Of a stretch of 51,422 bases of DNA, positions 21,023 through 28,993 are shown in pieces. This DNA comes from an uncultured delta proteobacterium (GTDB lineage: Bacteria > Desulfobacterota > Zymogenia > Zymogenales > Zymogenaceae), in NCBI GenBank assembly GCA_963792965.1, contig CAWBYW010000038.1:1-51422 (forward strand), written 5' to 3'. A program made the translations under genes and the position numbers. Within the stretch, counting starts at the first letter, position 1. The number at the start of each line of letters is the position of its first letter. The notes under the pieces were generated by a model, which saw only the letters and a list, made by a program, of their open reading frames with translations, made no database searches and was not told where the DNA came from.

Positions 21023-21346
21023 ATGAAAAACAAGGTAACGGCGGCCGCGTGGGCGGCAAACATCACGATGATCGCCATGGTCGTGATGATCATCCTCGAC
21101 GAATATATGGCCTCCTTTCACACCTTTCTGACGTCCCTCACCGGCCACCACTGGGTGACCAAGAGCGTCTTCGAGGTAGTCTTCTTTATCGTCCTCTTTT
21201 TCATCCTCGGCATGGTAATGAAGGTGGATAAGAAGCGGCCGATGAAGGGAGTGCTGTCGGCGGTGGTCGTGGGAGTTGTGTCGATGGCCGTCCTCTTCGG
21301 ATTTTTTCTCTTCCGCTTCCTCGGGGAGTATGGGCATCTTCGGTGA
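21023..21346 (+). CDS. Hypothetical 3-TM membrane protein with LTGHHW motif
   Basis: RBS AGGGGG; three hydrophobic segments; FHTFLTSLTGHHWVTKS. Confidence 0.7.
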   Translation: MKNKVTAAAWAANITMIAMVVMIILDEYMASFHTFLTSLTGHHWVTKSVFEVVFFIVLFFILGMVMKVDKKRPMKGVLSAVVVGVVSMAVLFGFFLFRFLGEYGHLR

Positions 21347-21536
21347 GCAGGATCGTGCGACACACGAGGTAAACGGGGATTCTTATCCCCGCTTCTTTCT
21401 GCCGGGGATGGGTATCTTTCGTTTGGAGTAAAGAGGGAGATTACCGCCCTTGGATCCGCGGCTGGCACTCGATCGGGGTCGTCCATTTACGCCAGCCCCC
21501 CGACACATCGGGCGTTTTCGGAAGGCACGGGAGGAG

Positions 21537-22907
21537 TTAAACGACCAGCTCCTCGATAAACTTTGCGAGCTGCCTGAGGTTTCGACACTCCCGGGCATCG
21601 GTCACGTAGGGGAGGAACTTGTCCATGTCGGAATCTCCGCTCCCCCACCAGCGCTCCGGCTCGGGGTTGAGCCAGTAGATCTTCCGGGCCTTCTTCTTGA
21701 TCTTCTCCAGCACCCAGGCGTTGTGGGCCATGTAGTTGTTGCGGGCGTCCCCGATGACGATGACCGTCGTCCTCCGGTTGACGATGTCGAGGTAGTCCCG
21801 GTAGAACCTGAGGAGCGTCTCCCCGTAGTCGGTGTAGGAAAAGAAGTTGATGCCCGATTCGCTTGAAAGGCGCGAGAGGGCCTCGTTGATGTCGTAGCGG
21901 GAAAAGATTTTGGTCACCTCGCCGAGGTCGGAGACGAAGACGAAGGAGCGCACGCGGTCAAACTCGTCCTGCAGCGAATAGAGGAGGTTGAGCATGAAGC
22001 GGGAGGCGTTCCAGACCGAGCGCGAGACGTCGCAGATGGTGACGAGCTGCCCTTTGTTCTTCTTTCGCTTCTTATAGACGACCTTGATGGGCACGCCGCC
22101 GTATTCGAGGGAGCGCCTCAGCGTGCGCTTGATGTCAAAGCGCCCCCTTTTGGTCCGGCGCTCGCGGATGGCCAGGGTGTCCTTGATCTTCTTGACGAGG
22201 TCGGCGACCACGTCCCTCATTTCTCCGATTTCCTGTTCGGTGAGCTCGGAGAAGTTGCGCTCGCCCATCGTGTCGGGGATCGTGGTGTCTCTCTTCTCTT
22301 TCCGATGTTTTTCCTGCTCTTTCTTGATCTCGGAGCGCATGAGCTCTTTCATGTCGGAGAGCCGGGCGTCGAAGAGGTCACGGACGCTCTGTTCCCCCAT
22401 GCCGTTTTCGAGGTAGCCGTGTTCCCTCAGAAAATCGATAAACTGGCCGAGCTCACGCTCAAATCCCATCCCCGTGAGCATTCCGGACATCTTGGTGAAG
22501 AAATAGCCCGACTGCATCGGGAAGCGGATATCCCTGAGGTTGGTCGCCTCGGCGACGGCCCCCACGAGCTCCATCATCATCTTGGGGTCGCCCTGCATGA
22601 CCCCCATGAACTCTTTGGAAAAGAGGTCTTTGGCCTCGGAAAGGAGTCTGGCGACCTTTTTTTCGAGCTCGGTTTTTTCGGCCGTGATCACGGAGAGGGG
22701 ATTGAAGAAGAGGGCGAAGAGCTCATCGAAGGCGGCGATGTCCTTCTTATCCTTGATGAGGGCCGCCCTGAGCGCCGCCTTGACGCCGCTTTTGTCCGCC
22801 ACGCCGACCGTGAGCACCGCACTCAGGGCGTCCATTGTCTCCGAGACGGAGACGCGGACCCCGCGGAACTTAAGGCCGTCGATGAAGTCGAGTATTACGT
22901 CTTTCAT
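21537..22907 (-). CDS. vWA-domain protein, CoxE-like
   Basis: FIDGLKFRGVRVS.SE..DA, FDIKRTLRRS..YGG.P, MIDAS CDVSRSV, TDYGE, IGDARNN, WLNPEP, ECRNLRQL. Confidence 0.9.
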   Translation of the reverse strand: MKDVILDFIDGLKFRGVRVSVSETMDALSAVLTVGVADKSGVKAALRAALIKDKKDIAAFDELFALFFNPLSVITAEKTELEKKVARLLSEAKDLFSKEFMGVMQGDPKMMMELVGAVAEATNLRDIRFPMQSGYFFTKMSGMLTGMGFERELGQFIDFLREHGYLENGMGEQSVRDLFDARLSDMKELMRSEIKKEQEKHRKEKRDTTIPDTMGERNFSELTEQEIGEMRDVVADLVKKIKDTLAIRERRTKRGRFDIKRTLRRSLEYGGVPIKVVYKKRKKNKGQLVTICDVSRSVWNASRFMLNLLYSLQDEFDRVRSFVFVSDLGEVTKIFSRYDINEALSRLSSESGINFFSYTDYGETLLRFYRDYLDIVNRRTTVIVIGDARNNYMAHNAWVLEKIKKKARKIYWLNPEPERWWGSGDSDMDKFLPYVTDARECRNLRQLAKFIEELVV

Positions 22908-22976
22908 GGCATGCCCCCAAGGAAAGCTCGTTTCCTTGTGGGTTAGTTATCACTATCGGTGGTGATCGATAAAGAG

Positions 22977-23900
22977 CTAATTGAGCGACGCGATCCCCTC
23001 GACGATCTTGGCCATGTTCTTCTTGGCCGTCTCGATGTCGGACTGGTACTTGAGGATGAAGTTGAGGGTCGATTGAACCGTCTCCTGATCGAGGTTCTTG
23101 ATGTTGAGGATGACCAGCGCCCGCGCCCAGTCCAGCGTCTCGGAGATCGAGGGGACCTTCTTGAGGTCAAGGTCCCTCAGGCTCTGGACCGTCCAGACCA
23201 CCTGCCTGGTAAGCTTCGCGTCTATCCCCGGCACCTTGAGCCTGATGATCTCCTGTTCCCGTTCCCTGGTGGGGAAGTCCATGAAGAGGTGAAGGCACCG
23301 TCTCTTCAGGGCGTCGGACATGTCGCGCATGTTATTGCTGGTGAGGATGACCTGGGGGATGTGTTTTGCCGAGAGGGTCCCGAGCTCGGGGACGCTCACC
23401 TGAAAATCGGAGAGAATCTCAAGGAGGAACGCCTCAAACTCCGGGTCGGCTTTATCGATTTCATCGATCAGGAGCACCACCGGCTCCGGCGATGTGATCG
23501 ACTTCAAGAGCGGCCTGGGCAGGATGAACTTCGTGGAAAAGAAGGCGTCCTCTTCTTTGCCGAGCCTTTCCACCGCCTCCGCCAGACCCTTGGTGCCGGT
23601 CAGCACTTCCCCGATCTTATCCTTCAGTATCTGCGTGTAGAGGAGCTGTTTTGCATACTCCCATTCGTAGAGCGCCTTGGCCTCGTCGAGCCCCTCGTAG
23701 CACTGGAGCCTGATGAGCTCCATTCCCTGGGAGGCCGCGATGACCTTGCCGAGCTCGGTCTTGCCGACGCCGGCGGGGCCTTCCACCAGGATCGGTTTAT
23801 TCATGACCACCGAGAGGTAGACCACGGTGGCTACGTCCCGGTTGACGATGTAGTAGTTTCTCGTAAAGGTTTCGATAACGTCGTCTATGGACTTGAACAT
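22977..23900 (-). CDS. MoxR-family AAA+ ATPase, CoxD-like
   Basis: VEGPAGVGKTEL, RLQCYEGLD..KALYEW, LLIDEIDKAD, LTSN..DALKRRC, PSISETLDW. Confidence 0.93.
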   Translation of the reverse strand: MFKSIDDVIETFTRNYYIVNRDVATVVYLSVVMNKPILVEGPAGVGKTELGKVIAASQGMELIRLQCYEGLDEAKALYEWEYAKQLLYTQILKDKIGEVLTGTKGLAEAVERLGKEEDAFFSTKFILPRPLLKSITSPEPVVLLIDEIDKADPEFEAFLLEILSDFQVSVPELGTLSAKHIPQVILTSNNMRDMSDALKRRCLHLFMDFPTREREQEIIRLKVPGIDAKLTRQVVWTVQSLRDLDLKKVPSISETLDWARALVILNIKNLDQETVQSTLNFILKYQSDIETAKKNMAKIVEGIASLN

Positions 23901-24047
23901 GACAGTTTCCCGCTTACGTGTTGACCTGGAAAAATAGTCCTATAGTTAATTGATATCACCGGCGCGCCGTGTCCGTCAAGCGAAATCGGAAAGAGGGGGG
24001 CCTTGTCCGGCCGGGGGGGCTCGGTTATCACGATCATCGGGAGTGTA

Positions 24048-24209
24048 GCCGCCTGAGAGGCAGAGGCTCGTAATGCCGAGTCTTCAGGGGCGCTACCCGG
24101 GAGCGTGGAGTGTCGGACCTACTTCTCGTCCCTCGGAAAGTGCGCATGAGACTGCCACGCCGCCTGACGGCGGCTCGCAATGACAATATCTTTAAGGACG
24201 CTACCCGGG
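24048..24209. repeat. Two degenerate tandem copies of a palindromic intergenic repeat
   Basis: Copy 1 (24048-24101) GCCGCCTGAGAGGCAGAGGCTCGTAATGCCGAGTCTTCAGGGGCGCTACCCGGG; copy 2 (24159-24209) GCCGCCTGACGGCGGCTCGCAATGACAATATCTTTAAGGACGCTACCCGGG. Confidence 0.65.
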
Positions 24210-24235
24210 CACACTCCGTGCGCCCGGGCAACCGC

Positions 24236-25147
24236 TCATAATTTCCAGCGGGGGTTTGTCCATGCCCACTGGTCGGGGTATTGTCTGATATACCGCTCGA
24301 AAACCCGGTTCCCCTCTTCGGTGAGCCGGTAGATGTCCGTTTGGTGATCCCCGGTCTTCTCTATGGAGAGGGGCGGCCCGATCTCGATGGTATGACGGTT
24401 GTTTTCCCGCTCAACGATAAAGATCGGGATGATCGGGGCGCCGGTCCTCAGGCTCAGCACTGCGGGGCCCGGGGTGGTGAGGGCCGGCCTCCCGAAAAAC
24501 GGTACAACAATGCCGTCGTGCTTCTTTCGCTCATCGGCCACCAGCGCCACGACGGTATTATCCGAGAGGCCTCTCAATATCTCTTTTGTCGCCCGGGCCC
24601 GCCTGTCGGCGTCGATCCACCGAACGTGGACGATGCGTCTCCACTTGGTATATTTGTCCCTGATGGCGTCGTTGCGCGGGTCTTTGGTAACGACGACATA
24701 AGGGATGTCGGTCTGGGCAAGGGCCATCGTCATGAGCATAAAATTGCCGAAGTGGGCCTCCAGCGCGATGACCCCTTTTTTCCCCGCACGCGCCCGCTGG
24801 AGGTGCTCCAGCCCCACGATCGTCACGTCCCTCTTCATCTTCTCCTGATTTCTCGGGTCGCCGTAGTGGAGGCATAGGGGGATCATCTTGAGGAGCCGCC
24901 TCATGGTCCGAATCCCGACGGCCCATCTTTCTTTCTTTGTCAGCGTATCGCCGAACACGATATCGATATTCGGGAGGACCACCTTTCGAAAGTCCGGCAC
25001 CACGAGGAGCACCGGGTAGCTGAGGATGAACAGGACATCAAAAATAGAGGATAGCACCGATATGGGTAATCGGGCAAAGATGAGCTCCCCCACGGAAATG
25101 GGCAAAGAACCGAGCCAGTAACGAAGTTTCTTCGGGAAGTCTTCCAT
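24236..25147 (-). CDS. LpxL/HtrB-like lysophospholipid acyltransferase, paralogue 1
   Basis: GLEHL..GVI..AHFGNF, ADER..GIVVPFFG..A.T.PGPA.L..RTGAPIIP, YPDQWAW..PRWK. Confidence 0.85.
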   Translation of the reverse strand: MEDFPKKLRYWLGSLPISVGELIFARLPISVLSSIFDVLFILSYPVLLVVPDFRKVVLPNIDIVFGDTLTKKERWAVGIRTMRRLLKMIPLCLHYGDPRNQEKMKRDVTIVGLEHLQRARAGKKGVIALEAHFGNFMLMTMALAQTDIPYVVVTKDPRNDAIRDKYTKWRRIVHVRWIDADRRARATKEILRGLSDNTVVALVADERKKHDGIVVPFFGRPALTTPGPAVLSLRTGAPIIPIFIVERENNRHTIEIGPPLSIEKTGDHQTDIYRLTEEGNRVFERYIRQYPDQWAWTNPRWKL

Positions 25148-25172
25148 ACGTGCAACAAATCAGTTTCTTATG

Positions 25173-25201
25173 ATGATACTAAGAAAGCTCGTCAGCGTCA
25201 A
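25173..25201 (-). promoter_or_regulatory. Sigma70 promoter of acyltransferase 1
   Basis: TTGACG-17 bp-TATCAT. Confidence 0.65.
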
Positions 25202-25245
25202 GGACGCTCTCAGAGCGGGAGACGTGAGGAGAAACACGTCGGGGC

Positions 25246-26157
25246 CTACATTTTCCAGCGAGGGTTTGTCCACGCCCATTGGTCGGGATAGCGGACGATA
25301 TATTCGGCGATGACCTCGTTTGATTTTTCGGTGAGTGCGTAGGTGTCCTTCTCGAGGTCGCCGGTGGGCTCGTGCCGGATGGGGGGCAGTATCTCGATCG
25401 TGTGTCGATAGCGCTCACGCTCTGTGATGAAGATCGGGACAATCGGGGCGCCGGCGCGGATAGAAAGGGCTGCGGGACCGGGCGCGGTCAGGGCGGGCCT
25501 CCCGAAGAAGGGAACGACGATCCCGTCTCGCTTCTTGCGCTCGTCGGCGACAATGTGAACGATCATGCCGGATTTCAGTGACTTCAGGATCGCCTTGCCG
25601 GCCGACATCGTGCTGTCGGCATCGATCCAGCTAAGGCGGCAGAGGTTCTTCCAGCGCTGATAGCGCGTCTTGAGAGGTTTTTGGCGCGGCTCTTTGGTGA
25701 TGGCGACGAAAGGCAGATCAGTCTGGGCGATAGCGATGTCCATGAGGATGAAATTACCGATATGGGCGCCCAACCCGATGACACCCCGTCCCGCCGCACG
25801 GACATCGTCCAGATGCTCAAGACCGACGAAGCCCACGTCTCGGAGCATCTTCGGCTGGTTTTTCGGGTGGGCGTAGTAGACCGATATCACCGGGACGTTC
25901 ATGAGGTTTCGCACGACGCGCCGGGCGATGGAGCGTTTCTCTTTTTTCGTCAGCGTGGCTCCGAAGGCGATATTCATGTTGTTGTGTACGAGCCGTCCGC
26001 CCCTCGGGGCGATCAGGAAGATGGGATAAACGATAAAGAAGAAGAGGTCCAATCCGAAGTAGAGGACCGGGATCGGAATGTGGGGGATAATGAAGTCAAG
26101 GAGATCAATGAGGATCCCCCCGACTTCATATCGGAATTGCTTGAAGGCAGATGACAT
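25246..26157 (-). CDS. LpxL/HtrB-like acyltransferase, paralogue 2
   Basis: GLEHL, AHIGNF, ADERKKRDGIVVPFFG, YPDQWAWTNPRWK. Confidence 0.85.
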   Translation of the reverse strand: MSSAFKQFRYEVGGILIDLLDFIIPHIPIPVLYFGLDLFFFIVYPIFLIAPRGGRLVHNNMNIAFGATLTKKEKRSIARRVVRNLMNVPVISVYYAHPKNQPKMLRDVGFVGLEHLDDVRAAGRGVIGLGAHIGNFILMDIAIAQTDLPFVAITKEPRQKPLKTRYQRWKNLCRLSWIDADSTMSAGKAILKSLKSGMIVHIVADERKKRDGIVVPFFGRPALTAPGPAALSIRAGAPIVPIFITERERYRHTIEILPPIRHEPTGDLEKDTYALTEKSNEVIAEYIVRYPDQWAWTNPRWKM

Positions 26158-26184
26158 GTTTTCCGACCATAACTACCCTGACGA

Positions 26185-26213
26185 ATCATAATATCTTCTT
26201 GGAACACGGTCAA
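26185..26213 (-). promoter_or_regulatory. Sigma70 promoter of acyltransferase 2
   Basis: TTGACC-17 bp-TATGAT with an A-tract upstream. Confidence 0.7.
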
Positions 26214-26277
26214 GTTTTTTTATTACTGCGACCCGGGGGAAAGACGGAGCCGTTGACAAAGAAATGCTCCGCCCGGC

Positions 26278-27186
26278 CTATATCCGCCACCGCTGCTGCG
26301 ACCAGATCCACTGATCCGGATATTTCCTGACATATTCCTCAATGGCCTTGTTTGCCAGGAGCGTCAGCTCATATACTCTGTGCCCGTTCTTTTCGGGGAC
26401 CGGGTTTTCGAGGGGAGGCAGGATGTCGATGACGAACCCATTCCCTTTATCGGCGATGAAAATAGGGAGGATCGGCGCCCCCGTCTTGAGGGAGAAGACG
26501 GCAGGTCCGACTGCGGTAAGCGCCTTCTTGCCGAAAAAGGGGACCGACAGACCCCCGTGTTTCTTGCGCTCATCAGCGATCAAATAAACAAGCTCATTGC
26601 GATCAAGGGCGGCCGTGATCTCGTGCTTGCCCTTGTCGGGAGAATCTGCGTTGATATACCTGACGCCGTTAATGTCTTTGAGATACGTGAGCCTGTCACG
26701 AACGATCTTGTTTCTTTGGTCCTTTGTGAGAATAACGAAAGGGACATCGTCGACGGTAAGCCGTACGGTCAGAAGCAGGAAACCCATCATATGCGCCCCG
26801 AGCCCGATGACCCCCTTCCCCTCCTTCACGGCGGATCGCAGATGCTCTATACCCGAAATCGTGATATCGCGCCTGAGACGATCATGATGTCTCGGAAAAC
26901 AGTAGTAGAGGAGATATCCCGGTATGTGGAAGATGTTCCTCAGGGTCCTGCGCGCGATGGTATCTATTTCTTTTTTAGACAGCTCGTTTCCAAAAGCGGT
27001 CTTCAGGTTTTTCATGATCGTTTTCCTGAACGCGGGGATGAGGCGGAAGAATGGATACGCGATGGAGAAGAGGATATCCAAAACAAGACGGTTGATCGCG
27101 AGAGGTAAGCGAGACATGACGTATTGGGAAATATCCAGCACGCTTTCGCCGAGGGCATAACGGAGTTTCTTAAAAATAAGTTTCAT
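26278..27186 (-). CDS. LpxL/HtrB-like acyltransferase, paralogue 3
   Basis: GIEHL, AHMMGF, ADERKK..VPFFG, YPDQWIW..QRWR. Confidence 0.83.
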   Translation of the reverse strand: MKLIFKKLRYALGESVLDISQYVMSRLPLAINRLVLDILFSIAYPFFRLIPAFRKTIMKNLKTAFGNELSKKEIDTIARRTLRNIFHIPGYLLYYCFPRHHDRLRRDITISGIEHLRSAVKEGKGVIGLGAHMMGFLLLTVRLTVDDVPFVILTKDQRNKIVRDRLTYLKDINGVRYINADSPDKGKHEITAALDRNELVYLIADERKKHGGLSVPFFGKKALTAVGPAVFSLKTGAPILPIFIADKGNGFVIDILPPLENPVPEKNGHRVYELTLLANKAIEEYVRKYPDQWIWSQQRWRI

Positions 27187-27209
27187 AGTGTCCCCAAATT
27201 GTTTATGGC

Positions 27210-27238
27210 AGGGTAAGTCTTTCCCCCGGTTGCGTCAA
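27210..27238 (-). promoter_or_regulatory. Sigma70 promoter of acyltransferase 3 (weak -10)
   Basis: TTGACG-17 bp-TACCCT. Confidence 0.5.
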
Positions 27239-27531
27239 GTTATTTCATGAGTATTTACATATTAAAGTTCTTTAATAATATAACCGAATACGCACAGTCC
27301 ATGCACAAGTCGCCCGGATTACCGGGGGATACACTATAACCCTGGATTAGTGGGTCATGGCATGGTGCGGGCAGCGCACGCGGCGTCGGTTGTGTACCGC
27401 CGGCGACCGTGTTAATCCTGTTTCCTTTCTCAGGAACCGGAGTCTTCCGAGGCCGCCTTAGGAAAACCCGTACGAGACGAGGTCTATCTCACCTCGGCAC
27501 GGACGCGCCGAAAAAGTGCCCTTAAGGACGC

Positions 27532-28440
27532 TCAGAACCGCCACCGCTGGTGCGTCCATATCCACTGCTCGGGATATTTACGGACATAATCCTCGATGAC
27601 CTTATTGGCCGAAAGCGTCAGGTCATAGACGCTGTGTTTACCCTGCTCGGAAATCCCGTTGTCTATCGGGGGGAAGATATCGATGTCGAACCCTCTTTCA
27701 TTCTTGGCGATAAAAATCGGGACGATCGGCGCCCCGGTCCTGAGGGAAAGGACGGCGGGTCCGACGGCGGTAAGCGCCTCCCTGCCGAAGAAGGGCACCG
27801 CCAGCCCGTCCCGCTTCTTTCGCTCGTCCGCGATCAGGTAGACGAGCTCATTGCGATCGAGGGCTGCCGTGATCTTGTTTTTCCCCTTGTCGGGGGAATC
27901 GACATCAATAAAGCGCACGCCGCTCGTCGTGCGCCAGCCGCGCAGCTTGTCGCGCAGCATCGAGTTTCTCGGGTCTTTTGTAGGCACAATGAAGGGAATA
28001 CCCGAGTTGGCCAGCCGAACCGTCAGGAGAAGAAAAGCGGTCATGTGGGCCCCGAGCCCGATGACTCCTTTACCCCGCCTGAGGGCGTTTTCGAGATGCT
28101 CGGTCCCCCTGATCGTTACGTCCCGCGCCAGTTGCGCGTGATTTTTCGGGAAGCCGTAGTAGAGGATGTCTCCCGGCATCCGAAATATATTTCTCATGGC
28201 CCGTCGAGCAACGCGTCTTATCTCTCGATCTGAAAGCTCCTTTCCGAAGGCGATGCTCAGGTTATCGAGAACCGTCTTTCTATACGTGGGCAGAAGGGTG
28301 ATTAATGGATAGAAGGAAAAGAAAGCGATGTCGCAGAAGAACCGGTTTACGGAAAGGGGCGTGTGCGAGAGCATGATCTGGACGGCGTTGATGGCGACGT
28401 GGCCGACGACGTAGCGGAGTCCTCTCAGGGGTATTTTCAT
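27532..28440 (-). CDS. LpxL/HtrB-like acyltransferase, paralogue 4
   Basis: GTEHL, AHMTAF, ADERKKRDGLAVPFFG, YPEQWIWTHQRWR. Confidence 0.83.
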   Translation of the reverse strand: MKIPLRGLRYVVGHVAINAVQIMLSHTPLSVNRFFCDIAFFSFYPLITLLPTYRKTVLDNLSIAFGKELSDREIRRVARRAMRNIFRMPGDILYYGFPKNHAQLARDVTIRGTEHLENALRRGKGVIGLGAHMTAFLLLTVRLANSGIPFIVPTKDPRNSMLRDKLRGWRTTSGVRFIDVDSPDKGKNKITAALDRNELVYLIADERKKRDGLAVPFFGREALTAVGPAVLSLRTGAPIVPIFIAKNERGFDIDIFPPIDNGISEQGKHSVYDLTLSANKVIEDYVRKYPEQWIWTHQRWRF

Positions 28441-28474
28441 TATGTGACCTCACGATTAAGAAGATCAAAAAGTT

Positions 28475-28503
28475 ATAGTAAAGATTTCCTATTAATTCGT
28501 CAA
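28475..28503 (-). promoter_or_regulatory. Sigma70 promoter of acyltransferase 4
   Basis: TTGACG-17 bp-TACTAT; RBS GAGGT downstream. Confidence 0.65.
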
Positions 28504-28629
28504 GCTAATTTCTCCTCATTTTTCGCCGTGGTCGACTCGAGAGGTCCGGATATGCTTCCTCAACTTCCACGATGGGCGTAGTTTTAAGCGGTATATGAAA
28601 CAAATTCACCTTTTGCACATCAAAAAGAC

Positions 28630-28776
28630 ATGAATGATCTTATTATTCTCTTGGGCATCGTTGCCGTCTGGTTTATCCTCCAGCGCTGGATCCTGCCGCG
28701 GTTGGGCGTCAAGACGTGAATTTCCCGAGATGACTGCCCCGGGGACGGGGAGAAAAAAAAGGAGAAAAGGGGATAG
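28630..28776 (+). CDS. Small single-TM protein, 29 aa to TGA 28717-28719; 48 aa if TGA is read as selenocysteine
   Basis: MNDLIILLGIVAVWFILQRWILPRLGVKT-(TGA)-ISRDDCPGDGEKKKEKRG-TAG; absent from the ORF track; SD weak. Confidence 0.55.
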
Positions 28777-28931
28777 CGACGGGACCTGCCAGAAGACCGT
28801 AACACGAATAACCGGGCGCGAACATCAACTCATTGGATACGCGGCTCGGACGGGCTATGTTTTTTGTTCTTTTCGCGGTGTGCTGCGCTCCATAAAAAAG
28901 CGATAAACCTATCTATATCTGCGCGCATTTC

Positions 28932-28960
28932 TTGACATCCCGAGGGTTTTTCATTAGTAT
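28932..28960 (+). promoter_or_regulatory. Sigma70 promoter
   Basis: TTGACA-17 bp-TAGTAT. Confidence 0.7.
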
Positions 28961-28993
28961 ATTGTGCACAATCTACTGTGTGGGTACCTGAAC

